Shown here: positions 27,875 through 37,300 of the stretch, in pieces | Layout of the letters: each line of letters opens with the position of its first letter | Numbering within the stretch: the first letter of the stretch is position 1 | Source: Anaerolineae bacterium | Lineage (GTDB): Bacteria; Chloroflexota; Anaerolineae; B4-G1; DUEL01 | Direction of reading: 5' to 3' | Assembly (NCBI GenBank): GCA_041082215.1 | Contig: JBDOIF010000041.1 | Location: forward strand, 62,001 to 126,000 | DNA: 64,000 bases | Made by a program: the position numbers and the translations under genes | Notes under the pieces: generated by a model | The model's input: the letters and a program-made list of their open reading frames with translations, nothing else | Database searches by the model: none | Told to the model about the DNA's origin: nothing

Positions 27875-28454
27875 CGTCTCTCCTTAATATTAGGGAAAAT
27901 TCTCTGCGCAGACGACGATACTCTTCCAGGAGGGTGGAATCATCCAAGGCCCGCTCAAACTGCCGCAACCAGCACTCTATATACCCATCGTCCAGATCAT
28001 CCCCTTGCCGATGGACAACACCAGCCGCGTCCTCGTGATCTCTAGGGCGGGTGGAGATCAGCTTGTAAATCAGCAAATCTTCAGCGCTGCAAACGTAGAT
28101 AACCCTATCAGGTCCAATCTCTACAGGCCGGGCCCGGCGGACAACCTCCCGGTCAAACTCCGTATCTGCCAGCAACAGGTCCAGCCTTACCCCTGTCCTG
28201 TCCTGAACGAACAGAAAGCCAAGCTTCCTCAACGTTCCCAGCGGGTCATCGGCAAGAAGCAGATACTCATCGGCCAGCACAGAGAGCAGCCGAGAGGCCT
28301 CTTCGCGCTCCAGCAGGACTCGCACATCTACATCGCGGGTCGCGCGAGGCTCGCCCCAGACGCTCAGAGCGATCCCGCCAACAACCGCGGACGGGATTCC
28401 TTCGCTCCGAAGCTGCTCCTGCAGGACCCAGAGAGCCTCAATCAGGTTCTCCAC
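27852..28454 (-). CDS. Nucleotidyltransferase (AbiEii/DUF6036-like)
   Basis: VGGIAL..WG.PRATRDVD, SAEDL.IYKL...RPRD..D. Confidence 0.75.
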   Translation of the reverse strand: MENLIEALWVLQEQLRSEGIPSAVVGGIALSVWGEPRATRDVDVRVLLEREEASRLLSVLADEYLLLADDPLGTLRKLGFLFVQDRTGVRLDLLLADTEFDREVVRRARPVEIGPDRVIYVCSAEDLLIYKLISTRPRDHEDAAGVVHRQGDDLDDGYIECWLRQFERALDDSTLLEEYRRLRREFSLILRRDDESKNSR

Positions 28455-28665
28455 GCTGCTCCTTCCGCCACCAGTCCAGCCTCTCCAGCCGCCGTTGGAG
28501 TTCGATCAGGTAGGCCACCCGCTGCGGACGGAAGAGGGCCTCCGTCGCCTGGAACTGCGGCTCCAGGGCCCGCTGCAGGGCCAGATATTGCTGCAGGCTC
28601 TCCTGCACCGTCATCTGGCGCAGCAGCCGCACCCGTTCCGCTGCCAGTGCCTTCCAGTCAATCAT
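28438..28665 (-). CDS. Small helical protein, probable partner/antitoxin of the nucleotidyltransferase
   Basis: 75 aa ORF overlapping the NTase start. Confidence 0.55.
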   Translation of the reverse strand: MIDWKALAAERVRLLRQMTVQESLQQYLALQRALEPQFQATEALFRPQRVAYLIELQRRLERLDWWRKEQRGEPD

Positions 28666-28672
28666 CGCTTCT

Positions 28673-28697
28673 CGCAATACGGAATACGCAGTACGTA
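28673..28697. repeat. Heptamer repeat (aatacgS)
   Basis: cgc aatacgg aatacgc agtacgt, between the mvhD stop and the cassette start. Confidence 0.6.
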
Positions 28698-28701
28698 CCT
28701 T

Positions 28702-29130
28702 TCACACCGCCCACTCCCGCTTCATCGGGTTGGGCCCCTTCTCCCTGAGGAACTCCGTCATCTTCGTCACCGTGTCGGCGAACCGTTGCCCCTCGGAGGC
28801 GGAGATCCAGCGGAGCCACACCCGGTCCTCTTCCATCCCGGCCTGCCTGAGGATTTCCTTGAGGGCGATGACCCGCCGCCGGGCCTTGTAGTTGCCGGAT
28901 TGATAATGGCAGTCGCCGGGGTGACAGCCGCCGATGAGCACCCCGTCTGCCCCATCCAGCAGCGCCTTGAGGACGTAAGTGGGGTCCACCGACCCGGAGC
29001 ACATCAGACGGATGATGCGGACGTTGGGCGGGTACTGGATGCGGGACGTCCCCGCCAGGTCCGCCCCGGTGTAGGTACACCAGTTGCAGAGGAAAGCGAC
29101 GATTTTCGGTTCGAAGCCGTTGTCGGACAT
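28702..29130 (-). CDS. mvhD: MvhD/FlxD-like [2Fe-2S] protein
   Basis: FLCNWCTY.GADLAG, MCSG, GGCHPGDCHY and WISASEG motifs. Confidence 0.95.
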   Translation of the reverse strand: MSDNGFEPKIVAFLCNWCTYTGADLAGTSRIQYPPNVRIIRLMCSGSVDPTYVLKALLDGADGVLIGGCHPGDCHYQSGNYKARRRVIALKEILRQAGMEEDRVWLRWISASEGQRFADTVTKMTEFLREKGPNPMKREWAV

Positions 29131-29196
29131 CTTACCCCCTGGAATAAGCATTTGGATAGCGCAGCACTCCACGCAGGCCTTCCTTACCAGCGCCGA

Positions 29197-29964
29197 TCAT
29201 CTGGAACAAGGGCCGGCCTTATACCCTCCCACATAGATACTGACCACATACTGCGCATAAGGGTCGCCCCAACCAGGCGAACCCTCCACAGTGATGTTTA
29301 CATCCTGCAATCCGGACCCCTCCACAATCTCTCTGTACTCATCAACCAATACTGCCCCCGCGACGCACCCCACATAGGCCTCAACATTTTCCCGGACCTG
29401 CTGGGGAAGCTCCCTGAGGAGGGCGACATCCGCGATCGCAATTCTGCCGCCCGGTTTCAGGACCCTATAGATCTCCTGGAAGACCCTCTTTTTATCAGCC
29501 GACAGGTTGATCACGCAGTTGCTGATGACCACATCCACAGAGTTATCCTCTACGGGAAGATTCTCTATCTCACCCAGCCGGAATTCCACATTGTTGAACC
29601 CGTTCCGCGCTGCGATGCTTCGCGCCCGTCCAACCATTTCCGGCGTCATATCCACCCCGATGACTCTGCCGTTTGGGCCGACCCTGGCTGCGGCCAGGAA
29701 GCAATCTATCCCAGCACCCGACCCGAGATCGAGCACCACCTCACCTTCTTTCAGGTCGGCCAGTGCTGTCGGGTTCCCACAGCCCAAAGCCAGATTCGCC
29801 TCATCGGGAACGGCCTCCAGCTCCTCCATTGAATAGCCGATCGCTCTGGCAAGCGTTGCAGGGTCAGGCTCGCAACAGGAGGGACTGCACCCGCACCCTC
29901 CCTGGCCTTGAGCAATCCTACCGTAGGCCTCCCTTACGATTTCCCGGACTGCTTTTTCGCCCAT
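29197..29964 (-). CDS. arsM: Arsenite S-adenosylmethionine methyltransferase
   Basis: CGCSPSCC, LGCGNP, LDLGSGAG.D, ISNCVINL and GCVAGA motifs. Confidence 0.88.
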   Translation of the reverse strand: MGEKAVREIVREAYGRIAQGQGGCGCSPSCCEPDPATLARAIGYSMEELEAVPDEANLALGCGNPTALADLKEGEVVLDLGSGAGIDCFLAAARVGPNGRVIGVDMTPEMVGRARSIAARNGFNNVEFRLGEIENLPVEDNSVDVVISNCVINLSADKKRVFQEIYRVLKPGGRIAIADVALLRELPQQVRENVEAYVGCVAGAVLVDEYREIVEGSGLQDVNITVEGSPGWGDPYAQYVVSIYVGGYKAGPCSR

Positions 29965-30001
29965 TTCCTCACCCTCACCAGTACATAACATATCCCACCG
30001 C

Positions 30002-31693
30002 CTACCCCCACTCCACCAGCGCGTCCACCTGCGCCAGGATCTGGTCCGGTGTGAAGTGATGGACCTGGATCGCTTTGGATGGGCAGGTGACGGCGCAGGC
30101 CCCGCACCCCTTACAGAGCACCGGGTTGACACGGGAGACCCCCCACAGTGGGTCCAGGGCCGGCGCACCGAAGGGGCAGACCTCCACGCACATCCCGCAA
30201 CCGGCGCAAAGCTCCGGGTCCACCGCCGCTGTCTCGGAAATGATCGGCACGGTACCCCGCAGGAGCGGGATCATCGCCGAAGCGGCGGCCGCCTTCGCCT
30301 GAGCGACCGTATCCGGGATGTCCTTCGGTCCCTGGCAGCATCCGGCCAGGAAGACACCGTCCATAGCCGTATCCACCGGCCGCAGCTTGGGGTGGGCCTC
30401 CAGGAAAAACCCGTCGGCCGAGCGGGGGAGTTTCAAGAGCGAGGCAATCGCAGCAGCATCTGCCCTCGCCTCCATCCCCACCGCCAGCACCACCAGGTCC
30501 GCCTCATGCTCCAGCGTGCGTCTGAGCAGTGTATCCTCCACCCGCACCACCACCCGGTCGCCCCGGCGGTAGATCTCGGAGACGTTCCCCCGCCGGTAGC
30601 GGACCCCCGAACGGCGAGCCTCGTCGTAGAACTCCTCGCCCCGCTTGCCGAAGGTCCGCACGTCAATGTAGAAGACGGTCACCTGCGCCTCGGGGAGCGC
30701 CTGGCGAACCAGTTGGGCCTGTTTGGCGCTCACCATACAGCAGACGCGGGAGCAGTAGGGGTGGCCCAACTGCTTGTCGCGGGAGCCGACGCATTTGACA
30801 AAGACCACATCCCTGGGCGTCTTCCCGTTCACCGTCAGGTCCCCCTCCGCCAGCCGACGCTCCATCTCCAGGGTAGTGATGACCTGCGGGTAGCGGCCGT
30901 AACCGAACTCCGGCTTGGCGTGGGGGTCGAAGACGTTGTAGCCAGTGGCGACGATGATGGCCCCCACCCGTATCGGCTCGGATAAACCCGAAACCTTCAC
31001 CTCGAAGTTGCCCACGTACCCCTCGACCTGCGTAACCTGGGCGTTGAGGAAGACGGTGATATTCGGATGGGATTGGACCCGCCCGATGAGGTCAGGCAGC
31101 CAATCGCCCACTGGCTCCAGGTCGGGGAAGGTGCGGTTCAGCTCGGCTACCCGACCCCCCAGGCGGTCGCTCTTCTCGACAATGCAGGCCGGGAACCCGG
31201 CGTCGGCCACATCCAGCGCTGCGACCATTCCGGCCACCCCGCCGCCGATGACCACCACGCCGGGCGTGACCCCCACCTCCCGTTCCTCCAGCGGCTCCAG
31301 CCGGGTCGCCTTTGCCACCGCCGCGGCGACCAGCGCCCTGGCCTTTTCCGTTGCCTCCTGGGGATCGTGGTGGACCCAGGAGCACTGCTCCCGGATATTG
31401 GCCATTTCGAACTGGTAGGGATTGACCCCGCCCTCCTGGGAGGCGGCGCGGAAGGTCGGCTCGTGCATCCGGGGGGAACAGGAGGCCACCACCACCCGGT
31501 CCAGCCCCAGCTCCCGGCTATCCTGCTTGATCAGGGCCTGGCCTGGTTCAGAGCACATATAGGTATAGTGCCGGGCCACCACTACCCCCGGCAGGCTTCT
31601 GGCAAACTCCGTCACCGCCTCCACGTCCACCGTCGAGGCAATGTTCGTGCCGCAGTGGCAGATGTATACGCCGATCCGTGGTCGAGACGCCAT
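30002..31693 (-). CDS. hdrA: HdrA-family flavoprotein, short form (no inserted ferredoxin)
   Basis: ICHCGTNI, YMCS.PG, SCSP..HE, NIREQC, CVGSRD, CSRVCC, QGPKDIP, C-terminal 2x[4Fe-4S]. Confidence 0.9.
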   Translation of the reverse strand: MASRPRIGVYICHCGTNIASTVDVEAVTEFARSLPGVVVARHYTYMCSEPGQALIKQDSRELGLDRVVVASCSPRMHEPTFRAASQEGGVNPYQFEMANIREQCSWVHHDPQEATEKARALVAAAVAKATRLEPLEEREVGVTPGVVVIGGGVAGMVAALDVADAGFPACIVEKSDRLGGRVAELNRTFPDLEPVGDWLPDLIGRVQSHPNITVFLNAQVTQVEGYVGNFEVKVSGLSEPIRVGAIIVATGYNVFDPHAKPEFGYGRYPQVITTLEMERRLAEGDLTVNGKTPRDVVFVKCVGSRDKQLGHPYCSRVCCMVSAKQAQLVRQALPEAQVTVFYIDVRTFGKRGEEFYDEARRSGVRYRRGNVSEIYRRGDRVVVRVEDTLLRRTLEHEADLVVLAVGMEARADAAAIASLLKLPRSADGFFLEAHPKLRPVDTAMDGVFLAGCCQGPKDIPDTVAQAKAAAASAMIPLLRGTVPIISETAAVDPELCAGCGMCVEVCPFGAPALDPLWGVSRVNPVLCKGCGACAVTCPSKAIQVHHFTPDQILAQVDALVEWG

Positions 31694-31708
31694 CGTTATC
31701 CCCTTCCT

Positions 31709-31736
31709 CCAGTCACCCAGTCACCCAGCCACCCCA
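31709..31736. repeat. Octamer tandem repeat at a gene junction
   Basis: cagtcacc cagtcacc cagccacc. Confidence 0.65.
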
Positions 31737-32870
31737 TTACAACGCCCCCGCCGCCAGCTCCAGAATATCCATCACCTTCAGCCGCTCCTCCAGCCCCTGC
31801 ACTTTGACCGCGTCGGTGAGCATAGAGAGACAGAAAGGACAGGCCACAGCCAGCACCTCGGCTCCGGTCTCCACGGCCTCATGCACCCGCTGGAAGGCCA
31901 GCCGCTCCTCGGTGTTGGTCCCCTCAAACCACATCCGCCCGCCGCCTCCCTCGCAGCAGAGACTCCGCTCCCGGATGCGGTCCATCTCCACAAACTCCAC
32001 GCCGGGGATAGCCCGGAGGATTGTCCGTGGTTCGTCAAAAATCCGGTTCTGCTTGCCCAGGAAACAGGGGTCGTGGTACGTCACCCGCTTCTCCACCCTC
32101 CCTGAAAAGGTCAGTTTCCCCTCGGCGATGAGCCGGGCGAGGAACTGGGTATAGTGGAGGACCTCTATCCCCTGCAGGCCATATTCGTGCTTGAAGGTGT
32201 TGAAGCAGTGGGGGGAGGTGGTCACCATCGTCGGTGCGCCGACGCTTTCCAGGAGCGGCTTCCCCTCCTCGACCAGCATCTCGAAGAGGCCCATCTCCCC
32301 CACCCGGCGCACCTCATTGCCGCAGCAGGTCTCCTCCGTACCCAGATGTCCGAAGTCCACCCCGGCGGCCCTCAACACCCGTACCAGCGCCTTCGTCGCC
32401 GCCTGGGCGCGGATGTCGTAGGCGGAGCTGCAACAGGTGAAGAGGAGCGTCTCGCAGCCCTCCCTGGCCGGCTTGACCTCCAGTCCGTCCATCCAGGCGG
32501 CCCGGTCCGCCCGTGCAAAGCCCAGCGGGTTCCCCTGGCGGAAGATGCCCATCAGCGCATCGCCGATGGTGCCGGGGATTTTCCCGCTCTCCACCAGCTG
32601 GCTCCGCAGAGTGATGATCAGCTCCGCCGGGCGCACATCCTTCGGACACCGCTCCACGCAGGTGAAACAGGTGGTGCAGTCCCACAGCTCCTCCATGCTC
32701 CCTGGATTGGGCAGCGCGCCCACCAGCGCCTCGTAGACCAGGAAGCGGACGTTGAGGGCAGTGGTGATGGAGATGGGACAGCCGCCAGTGCACTTGCCGC
32801 ACTGGATACAGCCGAGAAGGTCGAGTCCGAGACCCAGTTCGTTAGCCAGTTCCTGGATGTCCGTCTGCAT
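31737..32870 (-). CDS. HdrD/GlpC-like Fe-S oxidoreductase (2x[4Fe-4S] plus CCG domains)
   Basis: CIQCGKCTGGCP, CTTCFTCVERCP, ETCCG, SPHC, YHDPC, LCCEGGGG and ACPFC motifs. Confidence 0.88.
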   Translation of the reverse strand: MQTDIQELANELGLGLDLLGCIQCGKCTGGCPISITTALNVRFLVYEALVGALPNPGSMEELWDCTTCFTCVERCPKDVRPAELIITLRSQLVESGKIPGTIGDALMGIFRQGNPLGFARADRAAWMDGLEVKPAREGCETLLFTCCSSAYDIRAQAATKALVRVLRAAGVDFGHLGTEETCCGNEVRRVGEMGLFEMLVEEGKPLLESVGAPTMVTTSPHCFNTFKHEYGLQGIEVLHYTQFLARLIAEGKLTFSGRVEKRVTYHDPCFLGKQNRIFDEPRTILRAIPGVEFVEMDRIRERSLCCEGGGGRMWFEGTNTEERLAFQRVHEAVETGAEVLAVACPFCLSMLTDAVKVQGLEERLKVMDILELAAGAL

Positions 32871-33006
32871 GTAAGCCTCCTGCACCTTTATCGGATGTCG
32901 TCGGACGCCGAACGACAGAAGAGCCACCGAGTCTACGGAGCGCCTCTTCGACAGCCTGCGCGTCAGGCCATCTGAGCACGGACGAATTCAAGGATCTCAC
33001 GGGCAT
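32871..33006 (-). pseudogene. Remnant of an MNT-type nucleotidyltransferase gene
   Basis: An ATG 2 nt after the hdrA stop gives MPVRSLNSSVLRWPDAQAVEEALRR, an N-terminus I recognise from MNT antitoxins; no GS..RG/DxD catalytic motif follows. Confidence 0.5.
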
Positions 33007-33008
33007 AC

Positions 33009-34322
33009 TCAACCGCCTGCCGCCTGTCGCAGCACCACCATCGCCGAGGACGCCGCCGCTTTGGCCTGGGCCACTGTATCCGGGATGTCCTTCGGTCCCT
33101 GACAGCATCCGGCCAGGAAAACCCCCGGTCGGTTGCTCTCCACCGGTCGGAACTTGGGGTGGGCCTCTTTGAAGAAGCCGTCGGGCGTACGCTCCAGACC
33201 CAGCAGTTGTGCTACTGCCTCCGAGTCCACCCGCGGCACGACCGCCGTCGCCAGCACCACCAGGTCCGCCTCCACCTCCACCGTCCGCCGCAGGACCGAA
33301 TCCTCGGCACGGACCACGAGCCGCTCCCCCCGCCGGTAGACCTCCGACGGCTCCCCCCGCCGGTAGATCACACGCTCCTCCTTCACCCGGTCGTAGAACT
33401 CCTCATACCCCTTGCCGAAGGCCCGCATATCAATGTAGAAGACGGTGATCCGGGCATCGGGCAGCTTATCCCGCACCAGATGGGCGTGCTTGGCGGTGTA
33501 CATACAGCAGATGCGAGAGCAGTAGGGCACACCGGTGTGGGGGTCCCGTGAGCCGACACAGTGGATAAAGACGACGTCCTTCGGCTCCTTTCCGTCGAGG
33601 AGGATCTTCCCCGTCGTCGGCCCCGAAGCGGAGGAGAGCCGCTCGAACTCCAGCCCGGTGAGAACGCCGGGGTAGACCCCGTAGCCGAACTCCGGCTTGG
33701 TGCGCGGGTCAATCAGATCGAAGCCGGTGGCGACGACAATCGTTGCCACGTCCAGTTCGACAAACCGCTCCTTCTGCTCAAAGTTGATGGCATCGGCGGG
33801 ACAGGCGTCTTTGCACTTAAAGGTCTTGCCGCACACCCCCCGGGTGAGGTAGAGGCAGGCAGCAGGGTCCACCGTATAGATCAGGGGGACCGCCTGGGGG
33901 AAGGGGACGTAGATGGCAGCCCGCTTCCCCAGCCCCTGGTTGAAGGCATCGGTCACTCGCCCGTGCATCCGGCATTCCTGGGCACAGAGGCCACACCCCC
34001 GGCACCTGTCCTCCTCCACATAGCGGGGCTTCTTCCGGACGGTGACATGGAATGCCCCCGCCTCCCCCTCGACGGCGACGACCTCGGAATAGGTCATCAG
34101 TTCGATGTTGGGATGCTGGCCCACATCCACCATCTTCGGCGTCAGGATGCAGGAGGAGCAATCCAGCGTGGGAAAGGTTTTGTCCAACTGGGACATCCGC
34201 CCGCCCACACTGGGCTCCCGCTCCACCAGATAGACCGGGAAGCCGGCGTCGGCGATGTCCAGCGCCGCCTGGATGCCGGCGATGCCTGCGCCGATGACCA
34301 AAGCCGCGGGTTTCTGGGTCAT
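33009..34322 (-). CDS. hdrA: HdrA-family core module (FAD domain plus inserted ferredoxin; lacks N-terminal and C-terminal domains)
   Basis: Starts at GAGIAG, LDKTFPTLDCSSC, CRGCGLCAQEC, CVGSRD, CSRICC, QGPKDIP; ends shortly after. Confidence 0.88.
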   Translation of the reverse strand: MTQKPAALVIGAGIAGIQAALDIADAGFPVYLVEREPSVGGRMSQLDKTFPTLDCSSCILTPKMVDVGQHPNIELMTYSEVVAVEGEAGAFHVTVRKKPRYVEEDRCRGCGLCAQECRMHGRVTDAFNQGLGKRAAIYVPFPQAVPLIYTVDPAACLYLTRGVCGKTFKCKDACPADAINFEQKERFVELDVATIVVATGFDLIDPRTKPEFGYGVYPGVLTGLEFERLSSASGPTTGKILLDGKEPKDVVFIHCVGSRDPHTGVPYCSRICCMYTAKHAHLVRDKLPDARITVFYIDMRAFGKGYEEFYDRVKEERVIYRRGEPSEVYRRGERLVVRAEDSVLRRTVEVEADLVVLATAVVPRVDSEAVAQLLGLERTPDGFFKEAHPKFRPVESNRPGVFLAGCCQGPKDIPDTVAQAKAAASSAMVVLRQAAGG

Positions 34323-34357
34323 ACTGACGGTTCCTCCTCCGTCCACCATCGGTGAAC

Positions 34358-37300
34358 TCACACCACCGCATCCATCATCTCATACACCCGGCGCGCGGCG
34401 TAGCCGACCTGCTGGGTGGCCTTGTTCGGGCAGACCATAGCGCAGACCCCGCAGCCCTGGCAGAGGGCTTCGATCACTTCGGCGTAGGGGCCGCCCGGCT
34501 CCAGCACCCGCGCCCCGTAGGGACAGGCCTCCACACACAGCCCGCACGCCGAACAGAGCCGGGTATTGACCTGTGCTACCGTCGGCTGCGCTTCTATCCG
34601 TCCCCGAGCCAGCAGGCTCACCGCCCGCATCGCCGCCCCCTTCGCCATCAGGATGGTCTCATCCACCGCACGCGGCGAATGGGCCAGCCCGCAGACAAAG
34701 AGACCCCGCTGGGTGAAATCGAGCGGCCGCATCTTGGGATGCTCCTCCCGGAAAAATCCGTTGCCGTCCAGCTCCACCCCCAGCGCCTCAGCCAGTGCCC
34801 GGTTGTCCTCCGGCTCGATCCCCACGCTCAGGACCAGCAGCCCCGCCGGGATCACCACTTCCTGCCCGGCTATTGGCTCCACCAGCCGGACCCGCAGGCC
34901 GTCCGGTTCTACTGTCACCACGGGCTTATCCGGCAGCTCGTACCGCAGGAACACCACCCCCTTCTCTCGCGCCTCCCGGTAGGCGTCCTCCCGAAAACCG
35001 TAGGTGCGGATCTCCCGGTAGAGGACGGTGACACGGGCTTCGGGGTTCCGCTCCTTGATCGCCAGCGCGTTGACGATCGCCTTGGTACAGCAGATGCGGC
35101 TGCAGTAAGGCCGTTCTGGCTCCCTGGAACCCACGCACTGGATCATCACAACATCCGAAGGGACCTCCTTCCCCTCGGCCAGCATTTCCTCTAACTGCCG
35201 CTGGGTCACGACGCGCGGGTCCTCCCCGTAGCAGTACTCTGTCGGCGTCACCTCCTGCCCGCCGGTAGCGACGATCACCGCGCCGTACACCTCCTCCTGC
35301 GCCTCGCCTCCCACCTCTCCCAGCGTAGCCCGGAATTGCCCCAGTCGTCCGGAGACCGCCCGGACCTCGGTCCTCATCCGCACGCGGATGCGGGGCTGCC
35401 TGCCCACTCGTTCGATCAGCGAGGCCAGCGCTGCCTGGGGGTCGGCGCCGCCCAGGAGGATGTGAAGGTGGCGAAGCTGCCCACCAAGCCTGTCGGACCG
35501 CTCCACCAGGTCCACCGGGATGCCCATCTCGGCCAGGGTCAATGCGGCGGTCATCCCTGCCAGCCCGCCGCCGATCACCAGCACCCGTCGGGCCAGCTCC
35601 TCCTGGGGCGGGCGGAAAGGCTCCCGCCGGATCGCCCCGGCCACACCCGCCGCCACCAGTTCCTTTGCCGCCTCCGTCGCCACCCGCCCGTTGACGCCGA
35701 AGGCCCCCGCCACCTCACCCCGCAGGTTGACCCACTCCAGCAGGTTGGGGTTCAGGCCGGCAGAGGCCACCGCCTGCCGGAACGGCCCCTGCAATCGCCG
35801 ATCGGCAGAGCCGGCAACGACCACCCGGTTGAGGTTCTGCTCCCGGACCACCGCGGCCACCGTCGCCGGGCCTTCCCGACGGAAACCATCGTCCACGACC
35901 TGCACCCACACAACGTCGGGGAGCGTCCGGGCATAAGCGGCCACCGCCTCCAGATCAATTGCCTCGCCGATTTCCCCCCGCTGGTCGTAGAGGAAGACGC
36001 CCACGCGGGGCCACTCCCAGGTGACATCGCGCTCTTCGGGCCTCACCCCTCCCCCGGCGGCTTCGCCACCACGGGAGGGCATAGGGGGTAGGGTGAGGGT
36101 CGCCGCGGCCGCCACTGCCGACGCCTCCACCACCGTCTCCGGGATGTCCTTCGGCTCACGGAAAGAGCCGGCCAGGAAGACGCCGGGACGGGTGCTCTGT
36201 TCCGGCATGAAGGGGTCGGCCACGCCGAAACCGTATGAGTTCAGCGCCACCCCCAGCTCCCTGCCCAGCGCCTGCACCCCGGATGGCGGGCCGAACCCCA
36301 CCCCCAGCACGACCATGTCGAACGGCTCCTCCCGCACCTCCCCGTCCTCCGCCACGTAGTTGACCAGAAGATCGCCGGTCGTGGGGACCTCGTGGACGGA
36401 GGAGACCATGCTGCGGCGATAGGTCACCCCCGGCAGGGACCTGACCCGGTCGAAATACTCCTCGAAGTCCTTGCCGTGGGTGCGAATATCCATAAAGAAG
36501 ACCGTGACCTCCAGCTCCGGCTGCAGGAACTTGGCCACTCTCACCTGCTTGGCAGTGTACATGCAGCAGACCGAGGAGCAATACCCTTTACCAATAGACA
36601 CATCCCGTGAGCCGACGCAGTGGATAAAGGCGATCCGCCCCGGCGGACGGCCGTCGGAGGGGCGGATGATGTGAGCGCCGGTGGCCCCAGCGTGGCTGAT
36701 CATCCGCTCGAACTGGATGCTGGAGAGGACGTTTTCATAGTAGCCGAAGCCGTACTCCCCCTTCAGTCGGGCGTCGAAAGGCTCGAATCCCGGGCTCAGG
36801 ATCACCGCCCCCACCGCCAGCTCGTCCGCTACGGGCTGCATATCCAGGTCAATAGCGTCAGTGGGGCAGACCTCCACACACCTGCCGCAGCGGGTGCAGC
36901 GGTCCATATCAATCACATAGGCCAGCGGGACGGCCCGCAGCGGCGGGCGGTAGATCGCCTTGCGGGGGGTTTCGGGCCTGATGGTCTCAGGTCCACCGGG
37001 CCTGAAACCCGAAACATCATAACCTGCAACCACGTCGGGCCGTTCGGCAGGGCAGACCTCAGCACAGCGCCCGCAGTTGATACACCGCTCCACGGAGACA
37101 TAGCGCGCCTTGCGCCAGATGCGGGCTGTAAAGGCGCCTGGCTCCCCGTCAAGGGCCAGCAGTTCGGCATAGGGAACGATCTCGATATTCGGATGCAGGT
37201 CGCATTCGATGGTTGGGCAGTAAGCGGCCCGCCCCGGCAGCATATGGCAGATGCCACAGGAGTCAGTGGGGAAGGTGCGGTCGAGGAGGTGCATCGAGCC

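Noticed and set aside
26759..29130. Complete flxABCD or formate dehydrogenase operon
   Set aside because: Only MvhD/FlxD and FdhB/FlxC-like genes are present; no FlxA/FlxB or molybdopterin subunit
33009..33011. Selenocysteine readthrough at the end of the core hdrA
   Set aside because: UGA is not at a Cys-equivalent site and no ferredoxin domain follows
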